Assembly (NCBI GenBank): GCA_038247415.1
Contig: JBBRUX010000021.1
Span: forward strand, 1 to 64,000
DNA from: Chitinivibrionales bacterium
GTDB lineage: Bacteria; Fibrobacterota; Chitinivibrionia; Chitinivibrionales; WJKA01
Length of the DNA: 64,000 nucleotides
Direction: 5' to 3'
In this document: positions 56,452 through 64,000 of the stretch, in pieces
Numbering within the stretch: position 1 is the first letter of the stretch
Layout: the number at the start of each line of letters is the position of its first letter
Program-made: the position numbers and the translations under genes
Notes under the pieces: generated by a model
What the model saw: the letters and a program-made list of their open reading frames with translations, nothing else
What the model was told of the DNA's origin: nothing
Database searches by the model: none

Positions 56452-56467
56452 GGGCACGAGCTTTGCA
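56452..56467 (+). promoter_or_regulatory. Candidate sigma54 -24/-12 promoter GGGCACGAGCTTTGCA
   Basis: One mismatch to TGGCACG-N4-TTGCA; positioned so the transcript would include the AGGAGG RBS of the 56504 ORF. Confidence 0.6.
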
Positions 56468-56503
56468 TTCTTTAAGATTATTCATTGCATTAGAGGAGGA
56501 ACT

Positions 56504-56848
56504 ATGTGTGAACGAATTGGTGGATTTGTAGTAAGCTGTGCACTGCTTGGATGTATACTCGTAGGAATTTCTCTGGATAATCGGAACGCCGAAAGAGCCA
56601 TAGCGTTTGAAAAAATCATACAAAGTCCTGGTGTAATGCTCGAAGCGATTACAACGGGATCTTTGCCATCAAATGAGATTCAACCTTTAATCGTGGTTGT
56701 GCATCAGCCCTTGATAGTAAGAAATAGTGCTTCGGTGTTTTCTACCCAAGACATTGCGAATCCAAGGCCTTTGGTAGCATGTGGTACACAAGAATTCAGC
56801 TCAAAATGCGTTTTAGATATTCATTTATGCAGAGATACTGCTCCCTAA
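56504..56848 (+). CDS. Hypothetical protein with N-terminal hydrophobic segment
   Basis: Strong RBS GAGGAGG, TM or signal-like N-terminus; short convergent overlap with the kinase gene. Confidence 0.55.
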   Translation: MCERIGGFVVSCALLGCILVGISLDNRNAERAIAFEKIIQSPGVMLEAITTGSLPSNEIQPLIVVVHQPLIVRNSASVFSTQDIANPRPLVACGTQEFSSKCVLDIHLCRDTAP

Positions 56849-59104
56849 AACGTGCAGAAGTTCTGCTTTACGGTAGGGTTTAACCAGGCACGTATCAAAA
56901 CCGGCTGCTTTAGGCTGAGACATGCTCACATCCGAAGAATAACCCGATGAAGCAATAATGCGAATCGCAGGAAAAAGTTGTCGGACCTCATGAGCTATTT
57001 CACGGCCTCCGGGCCCTCCGGGAATAGTGAGATCTAGAAGCGCATAGTTAATTAGTTTCCCATGGGCAGCACACTCTTTACAAATAGAAAGTGCCTCGGA
57101 AGTATTTTCTGAACATACAACGATATATCCCGCCGGAACTAACATTTCCTTTACAAGTTCAAGAATAAAGGATTCATCATCCATGATGAGCACACGTCCA
57201 CTTCCGTGCGTAATCACAGCGTGCGGAATACTTTTATGCTCCTGAACACCTCGCGTTACCGGAAGGTACACATGAAATGTTGCCCCTTTCCCAAGCACCG
57301 AATCTACCGTTATGATACCATCGTGTTTTTTGATAATCGAAAACGATGTTGCAAGCCCTAGTCCATTGCCCTGTTGCTTTGTTGTAAAAAACGGATCGAA
57401 AATATACGCAAGATGCTCGGGAGCAATCCCAACACCCCCATCGGCAACCATCACGTGTATATATTCCCCTTTAGCAAGCGTTGGTGGAGGGTCATCGGAT
57501 AGTGCGATAGTCGTAACACGGATAGCAATAGTTCCCCCTAAGGGCATTGCTTGACGAGCATTAATGAGCAAATTATCGATTACCTGGGATATCTGCCCAC
57601 TGTCTGCCAAACAATCGGGCACATGCGGCTGACAATAAAGATCTGCCTTGGCATTAGAACCGCTTAATACGAATTTTACGGCATTTTCAACAACAACTCC
57701 AACATTTACATTCGATTTTATGGGAGCTCCACCTTTACTAAAAGTAAGAAGCTGCCGTGTAAGATCTCGCGCGCGCTCAAAAACCGATTTAATACTATCA
57801 AGTGCATACGTAACTTCATCTAGTTTACCCTCGTTCAGATACTCTCGGGCTACTTCCACAAACCCAAAGATTCCCCCAAGCAAGTTGTTAAAATCGTGGG
57901 CAATCCCCCCAGCAAGAACACCCAACGATTCTAATCGTTGTGCATTTTGCAAAAGTGATTCGGTATGATGCTTTTCGGTTACATCACGAAATACGAGCAC
58001 AACGCCTATAATAGTACCTTCACTATTGCGAATTGGGGCCCCGCTATCTGCAATCATGTATTCTTTGCCATTACGCGCAAGAAGCGCGGTATGATTTGCC
58101 AATCCGATAATAGCTCCTGTTTCTAAAACCTTTGAAACAGGATTTTCGCAGGGGATACGCGTTATCTGATTAACAATAGTAAAAACTTGTGCCAAGGGGC
58201 GGCCCTGTGCATCGGCAGCATTCCACCCTGTCAGAATTTCTGCAACGGTATTAATAAGCACAACACGACCTTCTACATCGGTTGTAATAACTCCATCCCC
58301 AATAGACCGGAGCGTAACCAAAAGCCGCTCCTTTTCGGATGCCAATTTTTCTTCATACTGTTTTCGGCCAGTGATGTCGAGAAAAATGGTTGCAAAACCG
58401 GCATCTCCCCAAGGGGTAACTGAAATTTGGAAATGCTTTTGCAGCGGGGAGAAATAGGTTTCGAACGTATAGGGAATACGCGTAAGCGCTACCTCGGAAT
58501 ATTCTTTAAGATACGCAGGTGTATCTGTTTTGTAAAGATCTGTTGCCACGGCATTTTCTGCGTCGCTGCGCTTTATGCCAATAATGGCCTCAAACCAAGG
58601 ATTCACGTCGATAATGCGATAATTAACAGGCTTGCCCAATTCATCAAACAACAGTTCGTGAAGTGCTACCCCTTCTGCCATATTGTCAAAAAGCGAATGA
58701 AATTTGCTTTCGCTTTGAATAAGCGCATTGGTACTTTCTATCTGATCGGTAACATCGTGCGCTGTAGCATACAGATAATTGTCAATGCGAACCACCCGCC
58801 ATTCGAGCCAGAGCTGCTGCGCAGATTTTTTATTGCACCGAGTAATAAAGACACAAGCGCTGTTCTTGGATGCAGCGTCTTCGAGCATTTTTGTGGTGAG
58901 TATTGTATCGTCGGAAAAAATAAAATCGATAAGTTTTTGATTATGGGCTTTGGCCGAAGGTATGCCTAGGAATCTTTCGCATGCAGGATTTGTTGCTACG
59001 AGTACGCCACTAAAATCTAATACACAAAGGAAATCTTGGGTAAGCTCAAAAAACTTGCCAAGAATTGTAGCATCCAATACAATAGACCCCTCAGTATGAT
59101 TCAT
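56825..59104 (-). CDS. Hybrid histidine kinase with three PAS domains and a receiver
   Basis: PAS repeats (LRSIGDGVITTD), AHDFNNLL, NARQAM, FDPFFTTK, GLGLA, receiver MDDE...LDLTIPG...KPY. ATG 59104 follows AGGA; the ORF track starts at 59140. Confidence 0.93.
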   Translation of the reverse strand: MNHTEGSIVLDATILGKFFELTQDFLCVLDFSGVLVATNPACERFLGIPSAKAHNQKLIDFIFSDDTILTTKMLEDAASKNSACVFITRCNKKSAQQLWLEWRVVRIDNYLYATAHDVTDQIESTNALIQSESKFHSLFDNMAEGVALHELLFDELGKPVNYRIIDVNPWFEAIIGIKRSDAENAVATDLYKTDTPAYLKEYSEVALTRIPYTFETYFSPLQKHFQISVTPWGDAGFATIFLDITGRKQYEEKLASEKERLLVTLRSIGDGVITTDVEGRVVLINTVAEILTGWNAADAQGRPLAQVFTIVNQITRIPCENPVSKVLETGAIIGLANHTALLARNGKEYMIADSGAPIRNSEGTIIGVVLVFRDVTEKHHTESLLQNAQRLESLGVLAGGIAHDFNNLLGGIFGFVEVAREYLNEGKLDEVTYALDSIKSVFERARDLTRQLLTFSKGGAPIKSNVNVGVVVENAVKFVLSGSNAKADLYCQPHVPDCLADSGQISQVIDNLLINARQAMPLGGTIAIRVTTIALSDDPPPTLAKGEYIHVMVADGGVGIAPEHLAYIFDPFFTTKQQGNGLGLATSFSIIKKHDGIITVDSVLGKGATFHVYLPVTRGVQEHKSIPHAVITHGSGRVLIMDDESFILELVKEMLVPAGYIVVCSENTSEALSICKECAAHGKLINYALLDLTIPGGPGGREIAHEVRQLFPAIRIIASSGYSSDVSMSQPKAAGFDTCLVKPYRKAELLHVLGSSISA

Positions 59105-59226
59105 ACACATCCTGTGCTTAACAAAAATGGTATCGGGCATGTGCGCCCAAAACCTCCAAGGTTTTGATACGTATTAGTAAAATAACGATGGATACAAGGA
59201 TTGTCAATACATCAGGGTAACTTTTC

Positions 59227-60909
59227 CTACACTTTGAATTGTCTGACAATCTGCGTTAGTTCGGCCGAAAGCGACGCTACATCGATACTACGAGATTTTA
59301 TTTGCTCTACCCCGTGTGCTGTATCAAGCGCAGCACTGTTGACACCTTGGATATTTGAGGATATTTCTACAAGGCCTTTAGCCGATTCGCCAACATTGCG
59401 CGCAATTTCCGAAGAAGCCTGGCTAGCACCGCCAATAGAGCGGGATATTTCGTTTACGGTAGCGCTTTGCTCTTCCACGGCACTTACAATGGTCTGACTG
59501 ATACGATTGATTTCTTCTATTATAGTAGTTATGTCACCAATGGCATTAATAGATGCTGTCGTGTTGGTTTGCATAGCCTCTACCTGTGCTCGAATCTGTT
59601 CTGTTGCCTGAGATGTTTGGCGCGCAAGATCCTTGACCTCACTTGCGACAACCGCAAATCCTTTTCCAGCATCTCCAGCCGATGCCGCTTCGATTGTTGC
59701 ATTAAGTGCCAGCAAATTTGTTTGGTCGGCAATATCATTAATTATCTCAACTACTTTACCAATTTCTTTAGACGAAACCCCAAGCCTCTTAACCATTTCG
59801 CGCGTTGACAATGCTGTGGTATTTGCTTTATTGGCAATCATGCTCTCTTTTTGACAATTTTTTGCAACCTCGTTAATCGAGGCACTCATTTCTTCTATAG
59901 CCGTTGCAACCGTTGAAACACTCGCCGACATTTCTTCTGCAGATGCCGAAATGCTTTGTATATTTGCAGTAGATTCTTCTGCACTACTAGCCACGGTCTG
60001 ACTTTGCGAAGTCATTTCTTCTGCATTGGCTGCAAGCTGTACGGCCGTAGCAGAAAGCTCCTGGGATGAACTCGTAAGCGTTGCAGTTCCACCTGAAATT
60101 TTTTGAATAATTTTTTGTAGCTTGTCTACAAAGGAATTAAAATAGCTTCCAAGCTCCCCGACTTCATCTCTGGAATCTACGGGTATTCTTTTTGTTAAAT
60201 TCCCTTCTCCCGATGCAATATCTTTTAAAATGAGCGCAGTAGCTGCAATTGGCCGTGCAATAATACGCGAAAGAACACCTGCTACAACAATAATTAAAAG
60301 AATGGCTAGCGATCCAAAAAGAAAGGTTATGATAAGTGCACTTGTTACCGATTTTTGAAGCGTTTTTGAAGCCTCATCAGATTCCTTTTCAATAGACACA
60401 TGAATGCCTGCCAGAGGTTCAGAAAGTGCCGATATAAACCCATCGGTTTTTGTATCAAGCGCGCGGATTTCATCGGTTACCCCCTCAGAATTGGCAAGGA
60501 GCGCTGACATTTCGGTGCGTATAGCAAGAAGCGTTGCAAAGGCGTCTTTCGATTTTTTTAAAAGATCCTTTTCAGTGTCGGTATCAATAATTTTTTCAAT
60601 AGAATCAAACATGGCTGAGTTCAGTGCACTATGAGTATCCCACAGCCGATTATTTTCTTCGAACTGACGATTAAGAATTGCATCTGCCATTATCTGGTAG
60701 GTTTTACTCCCCATTGCAGATGCTTCTAGTAAATATTGAGCATCCTTGCTGCGCTTATCCGCTTGGATGCTTTGCTTGTCAATATCCAAAAACGAAAAAA
60801 TATTAATACCAACAAGAAGAGAAACTATTGCAATAACAACGCTAAATCCAAATATCATTTTGCCAAAAATTTTATATTTTTTCATAAAATCAAACATGGC
60901 TTGCCACAT
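59227..60909 (-). CDS. Methyl-accepting chemotaxis protein (two TM, HAMP)
   Basis: GEGNLTKRI...[44 protein letters not shown] tip. Confidence 0.95.
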   Translation of the reverse strand: MWQAMFDFMKKYKIFGKMIFGFSVVIAIVSLLVGINIFSFLDIDKQSIQADKRSKDAQYLLEASAMGSKTYQIMADAILNRQFEENNRLWDTHSALNSAMFDSIEKIIDTDTEKDLLKKSKDAFATLLAIRTEMSALLANSEGVTDEIRALDTKTDGFISALSEPLAGIHVSIEKESDEASKTLQKSVTSALIITFLFGSLAILLIIVVAGVLSRIIARPIAATALILKDIASGEGNLTKRIPVDSRDEVGELGSYFNSFVDKLQKIIQKISGGTATLTSSSQELSATAVQLAANAEEMTSQSQTVASSAEESTANIQSISASAEEMSASVSTVATAIEEMSASINEVAKNCQKESMIANKANTTALSTREMVKRLGVSSKEIGKVVEIINDIADQTNLLALNATIEAASAGDAGKGFAVVASEVKDLARQTSQATEQIRAQVEAMQTNTTASINAIGDITTIIEEINRISQTIVSAVEEQSATVNEISRSIGGASQASSEIARNVGESAKGLVEISSNIQGVNSAALDTAHGVEQIKSRSIDVASLSAELTQIVRQFKV

Positions 60910-60914
60910 CCTTC

Positions 60915-62174
60915 CTATAAGGTAAATCGGGAGGTCAGCTCCTTGAGCTCTGCACTTAAACCGGAGAGATTACTACTTCCAGCACTTGTTTGTGCAGCTG
61001 TTGAAGCAATCTCCTGGATTACTGCAGATTGTTCTTCTACACTTGAGCTTACGGTTAACGTGATATTATTGAGCTTTTCCGAAACAGTAACATTGATATC
61101 TGCCACAAGACCAGAGAGTGCCATAATGCTTGACAATACACTTTCGGTAATCGAGGAAATCTCACCCGTTGACGCTGCGGTTTGACGCGAGAGTTCTTTT
61201 ACTTCGCTTGCGACCACTGCAAACCCTTTGCCGGCATCGCCCGCACTTGCAGCTTCTATGGTGGCATTAAGAGCAAGTAAATTTGTTTGGTCGGCAATGC
61301 CATCGATGGTTGTTACAATTTTGCGAATTTCCTGGGCCGAATTTTGAAGCACTTCAAATGCTTGTTTCATTTCGGCCAATTTCTTGACAGATTCCTCTGT
61401 AATGGATCGTTGCTGAGCAAATGCTTTGGAAATTTCTCTAAACGATGAATTAAGTTCTTCTATAGCTGCAGCTATCTGATTTGACGAGGACGAAGCTTCC
61501 TCCGATGTCGAAGCCAGCACATTGGTGGAAGATGCCAATTTTTCTATAACTGCACGGGTAGAACCGATTGAATCATTCAGTGACTTAGAAACCATTTCCC
61601 AAAGTTGTGCTGCATCTTTAGTATACTTATCAGCAGCATCAGCTTTTAAAGATCCGGTTAAATTACCTTGCGCAAGAAGATGCAAGACACCTTGCAACTT
61701 TTCTGACTGAGCTCTTTGATACATTGCATCCCGTTGTTTCTCTGAAATATCCTGGACAACTTCTATGTGGCCAACCTTTGTTCCAGTCGTATCTGTTAAG
61801 TAGCGTACATCAACCTGGAAATCCATATCGATCCCGGGTTGTGTAAACGTTGAGGTCAGTTTGCCTTTTCGTAAGCATTCTATACCACAGCGGTCTGTTT
61901 TGCAGATATCCGCTCCCCATTCGCAGCAGGCCTTGCCCACAACATCTTTTCTTTTTTTGCCTGTCACACTTTCGGCTGCTGCATTTACAAATGTCCACTT
62001 CATGTTCATATCGGTTACCGAAATCGGGAAGGGAATAGAATCGAGCATTGATTCATACCAGTGATTTCTTTTAGCTGTTTCAATGGCAGCCCGCTTGCAT
62101 TTTGATTGTTGCATATATCCATAAACTACTGCACACAACGATACAACAGAAAGCACTACAATAATCATCATCAT
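60915..62174 (-). CDS. Methyl-accepting chemotaxis protein with Cys-rich PAS domain
   Basis: Single [17 protein letters not shown]...VN; same signalling tip with a shortened signalling domain. Confidence 0.92.
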   Translation of the reverse strand: MMMIIVVLSVVSLCAVVYGYMQQSKCKRAAIETAKRNHWYESMLDSIPFPISVTDMNMKWTFVNAAAESVTGKKRKDVVGKACCEWGADICKTDRCGIECLRKGKLTSTFTQPGIDMDFQVDVRYLTDTTGTKVGHIEVVQDISEKQRDAMYQRAQSEKLQGVLHLLAQGNLTGSLKADAADKYTKDAAQLWEMVSKSLNDSIGSTRAVIEKLASSTNVLASTSEEASSSSNQIAAAIEELNSSFREISKAFAQQRSITEESVKKLAEMKQAFEVLQNSAQEIRKIVTTIDGIADQTNLLALNATIEAASAGDAGKGFAVVASEVKELSRQTAASTGEISSITESVLSSIMALSGLVADINVTVSEKLNNITLTVSSSVEEQSAVIQEIASTAAQTSAGSSNLSGLSAELKELTSRFTL

Positions 62175-62226
62175 AACTGTCTCTCCTTTAAAATTTGTAT
62201 AATGGACACATCTGGAGTACCCTTAT

Positions 62227-62283
62227 CGTTTCGACAGGCTCAACGACCGGCAATCCGAATCGGACCCTGAGCATGTCGAAGGG
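62227..62283. repeat. REP-like inverted pair CGTTTCGACAGGCTCAACG ... CCCTGAGCATGTCGAAGGG
   Basis: TTCGACAGGCTCA and TGAGCATGTCGAA are near-perfect inverted copies; related to 56027-56120. Confidence 0.75.
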
Positions 62284-62347
62284 TTGGTCAAAGGGTGCTA
62301 AATAAAAATTTTGCAATTACCCCTGATCATTTTTACAATCCACAAAA

Positions 62348-62830
62348 CTAAACAGAATCGTGCGAAAGTATTTCGCGCAAACGGAGAACCACGAGTAGCT
62401 CTTTTTCGAGCTTTACAACACCTTGGATATATTTACCATCTACTCCACCGCTATTTGCCGGAGGTGGCTCTATAGCCTCTTCGTCAACTATTACCATGTC
62501 GCCGATTTTGTCTATTAAAAGGCCTATAATATCGTGTGCTCCGCTCATTTCATCGGTATCGGTAGCTCCACTCTTTTTAGATTCATCGGAAGTTTTAAGA
62601 ACGATACACCGTGATGTAGATAAAACATCTTTAACGGGCAGCCCGATACGAACCGCGCAATCGAGTATGGTAACAATTTGCCCACGCAAATTGAGAAGAC
62701 CCCTAACATAGGGGGGCGCAAGCTCTACCGGTGTAATATCGGTATTCCGATTGATTTCACGAACATATCTTACATCGATCCCATAGAGGCTATCGTCGAT
62801 ATAGAATGTTGTAAATTGACTTTGGGCCAT
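62348..62830 (-). CDS. cheW: Chemotaxis adaptor CheW
   Basis: YGIDVRYVREI, APPYVRGLLNLRGQIVTI, GLLIDKIGD. Confidence 0.95.
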   Translation of the reverse strand: MAQSQFTTFYIDDSLYGIDVRYVREINRNTDITPVELAPPYVRGLLNLRGQIVTILDCAVRIGLPVKDVLSTSRCIVLKTSDESKKSGATDTDEMSGAHDIIGLLIDKIGDMVIVDEEAIEPPPANSGGVDGKYIQGVVKLEKELLVVLRLREILSHDSV

Positions 62831-62893
62831 AATCTATTCTCCTTGAAAACACTTCGTATATGCATTTACCAATTGAGTGAACCTGCTTTTTAT

Positions 62894-64000
62894 CTAAAAC
62901 ATCTCTGGTTCTGCTGCTTTAAATAAACTATCAATATCCACAAGAATAGTCAGTTGCTTATTAATAACAGCCGAGCCGCTCATTCCAACTCCCTTGATAT
63001 TGCTCGTATCAATAACCAATTCTGTTTGAACTACGTCGTCTACATTGCCCGCTACTATACCAAGAGGATGCGCTTGATTTTTAGGAATTATTACATACGC
63101 CTCAGCATCTGATGATGTTGCTCCAGAAACCGGAAGGTATTCTTCGAGCCTAACAAGGCGCATCGATTCGTCCCCGTGATTGATATACTCTTTTGATCCC
63201 ACGCGTTGAATTGTTTCTAAAGGCACTTTTTCTACGCGGGCAATAGAAGCAAGCGATAGTGCAAAATGTTCTGCACCACCGTTGGTAAATAACAGCATTT
63301 CATGAATCTGTTTTGCAGCCTGTTTGGCAAACTTTTCTTTTTCGGCTTCTATTTCTTTTTCGAGCTCATTATATTTAAGCCCTGCCAACCGCGATATTCC
63401 GTTAGTATCAAGTATCATTGAAACCATGCCATCGCCCATTATAGTTGCCCCAGCATAGCACGAGCACGTTTTCATATAGATCGAGAGTGGTTTGACAACT
63501 ATTTCCTCCGAATCGTGAACTTCCTCTACAATCAGCCCATAGCGCTGCTCACCTATGCGTAATACCACCACTTTAACTGCATTTGCAATGGCAACGCGCC
63601 TATCTGGTCCTTGACGGCGTTCATCAGTTTTTGTACCCACATTTGCTGTTGACTTTGGTTGGTCATCATCTAATTCTTTCTTGCGTGCAACGCCTCGTCT
63701 ATCCGACCATCGGCTGCGTTTATCGGGTTTGCGTTCACCCGTAACCGGGTCGACAAAGGTAGGATTCATACCAAGTACATCTTCCAATCGAACTAAAGGC
63801 AATAATTTGCCCCGCAACCGCAGAACTTCAGCCGTGGCTACCCGTTCTATGCGTGCGGTTATATCGCTTGCTCTTATTCTGACAAGTTCCTCTATGCCAA
63901 CCTGAGGAATTGCAAAACGCCGCCCTTTGACACTTATGATAAGTGAACTTATAATTGCAAGCGTAAGCGGCAGCTTCATGATAATGCGCGTACCTTTACC
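62894..64000 (-). CDS. cheA: Chemotaxis kinase CheA, C-terminal part with two CheW-like domains (5' end beyond the window)
   Basis: GKGT...KLPLTLAII, LRLRGKLLPLVRL, EEIVVKPL, YAGATIMGDG, then a second CheW-like domain. Confidence 0.92.
   Translation of the reverse strand, partial: GKGTRIIMKLPLTLAIISSLIISVKGRRFAIPQVGIEELVRIRASDITARIERVATAEVLRLRGKLLPLVRLEDVLGMNPTFVDPVTGERKPDKRSRWSDRRGVARKKELDDDQPKSTANVGTKTDERRQGPDRRVAIANAVKVVVLRIGEQRYGLIVEEVHDSEEIVVKPLSIYMKTCSCYAGATIMGDGMVSMILDTNGISRLAGLKYNELEKEIEAEKEKFAKQAAKQIHEMLLFTNGGAEHFALSLASIARVEKVPLETIQRVGSKEYINHGDESMRLVRLEEYLPVSGATSSDAEAYVIIPKNQAHPLGIVAGNVDDVVQTELVIDTSNIKGVGMSGSAVINKQLTILVDIDSLFKAAEPEMF

Noticed and set aside
1..64000. CRISPR array, tRNA or rRNA genes
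   Set aside because: No regularly spaced repeats, cloverleafs or rRNA-like tracts were seen by eye, and intergenic gaps are short. A covariance search was not run.

Overview
Chromosomal window from an AT-rich bacterium, most likely Fibrobacterota (Chitinivibrionia/Chitinispirillum-like). The lineage is inferred from a TIGR02147-like regulator paired with a lipoprotein, a SprA-like translocon, and secreted proteins with basic C-terminal tails. From left to right: (1) about 1.1 kb of decayed mobile/defence DNA, comprising an IS1634-like transposase end, an AAA-ATPase/S8-like pair fragment and a frameshifted RelE-like toxin; (2) housekeeping and envelope genes: rmuC, a pabB-pabC fusion, STAS, a GH106-like protein, glycosyltransferases, a PilHI/Xap-like ABC system, ybgF and GH65; (3) an accessory block at about 17-34 kb with secreted proteins, three cellulases (CBM4-Ig-GH9, GH9-CBM3, GH5), two double-GntR regulators (one a deletion pseudogene) and the TIGR02147-lipoprotein pair; (4) a GT2-CE4 fusion whose deacetylase site looks inactivated; (5) a translationally coupled operon of a KamA-like aminomutase, two ATP-grasp ligases and a GNAT, with unknown product; (6) a tandem alpha/beta hydrolase, ybeY, corC-like, a rhodanese, sprA, and signalling and chemotaxis genes ending in a partial cheA. 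The best candidates for undescribed biology are the aminomutase/ligase operon, the T9SS-like export of free cellulases with minimal C-terminal signals, the TIGR02147 module divergent from the cellulase operon, and an Arg-rich GPDRR insert in CheA. No rRNA, tRNA or CRISPR array was seen. All family calls come from motif recognition by eye; no database searches were run.
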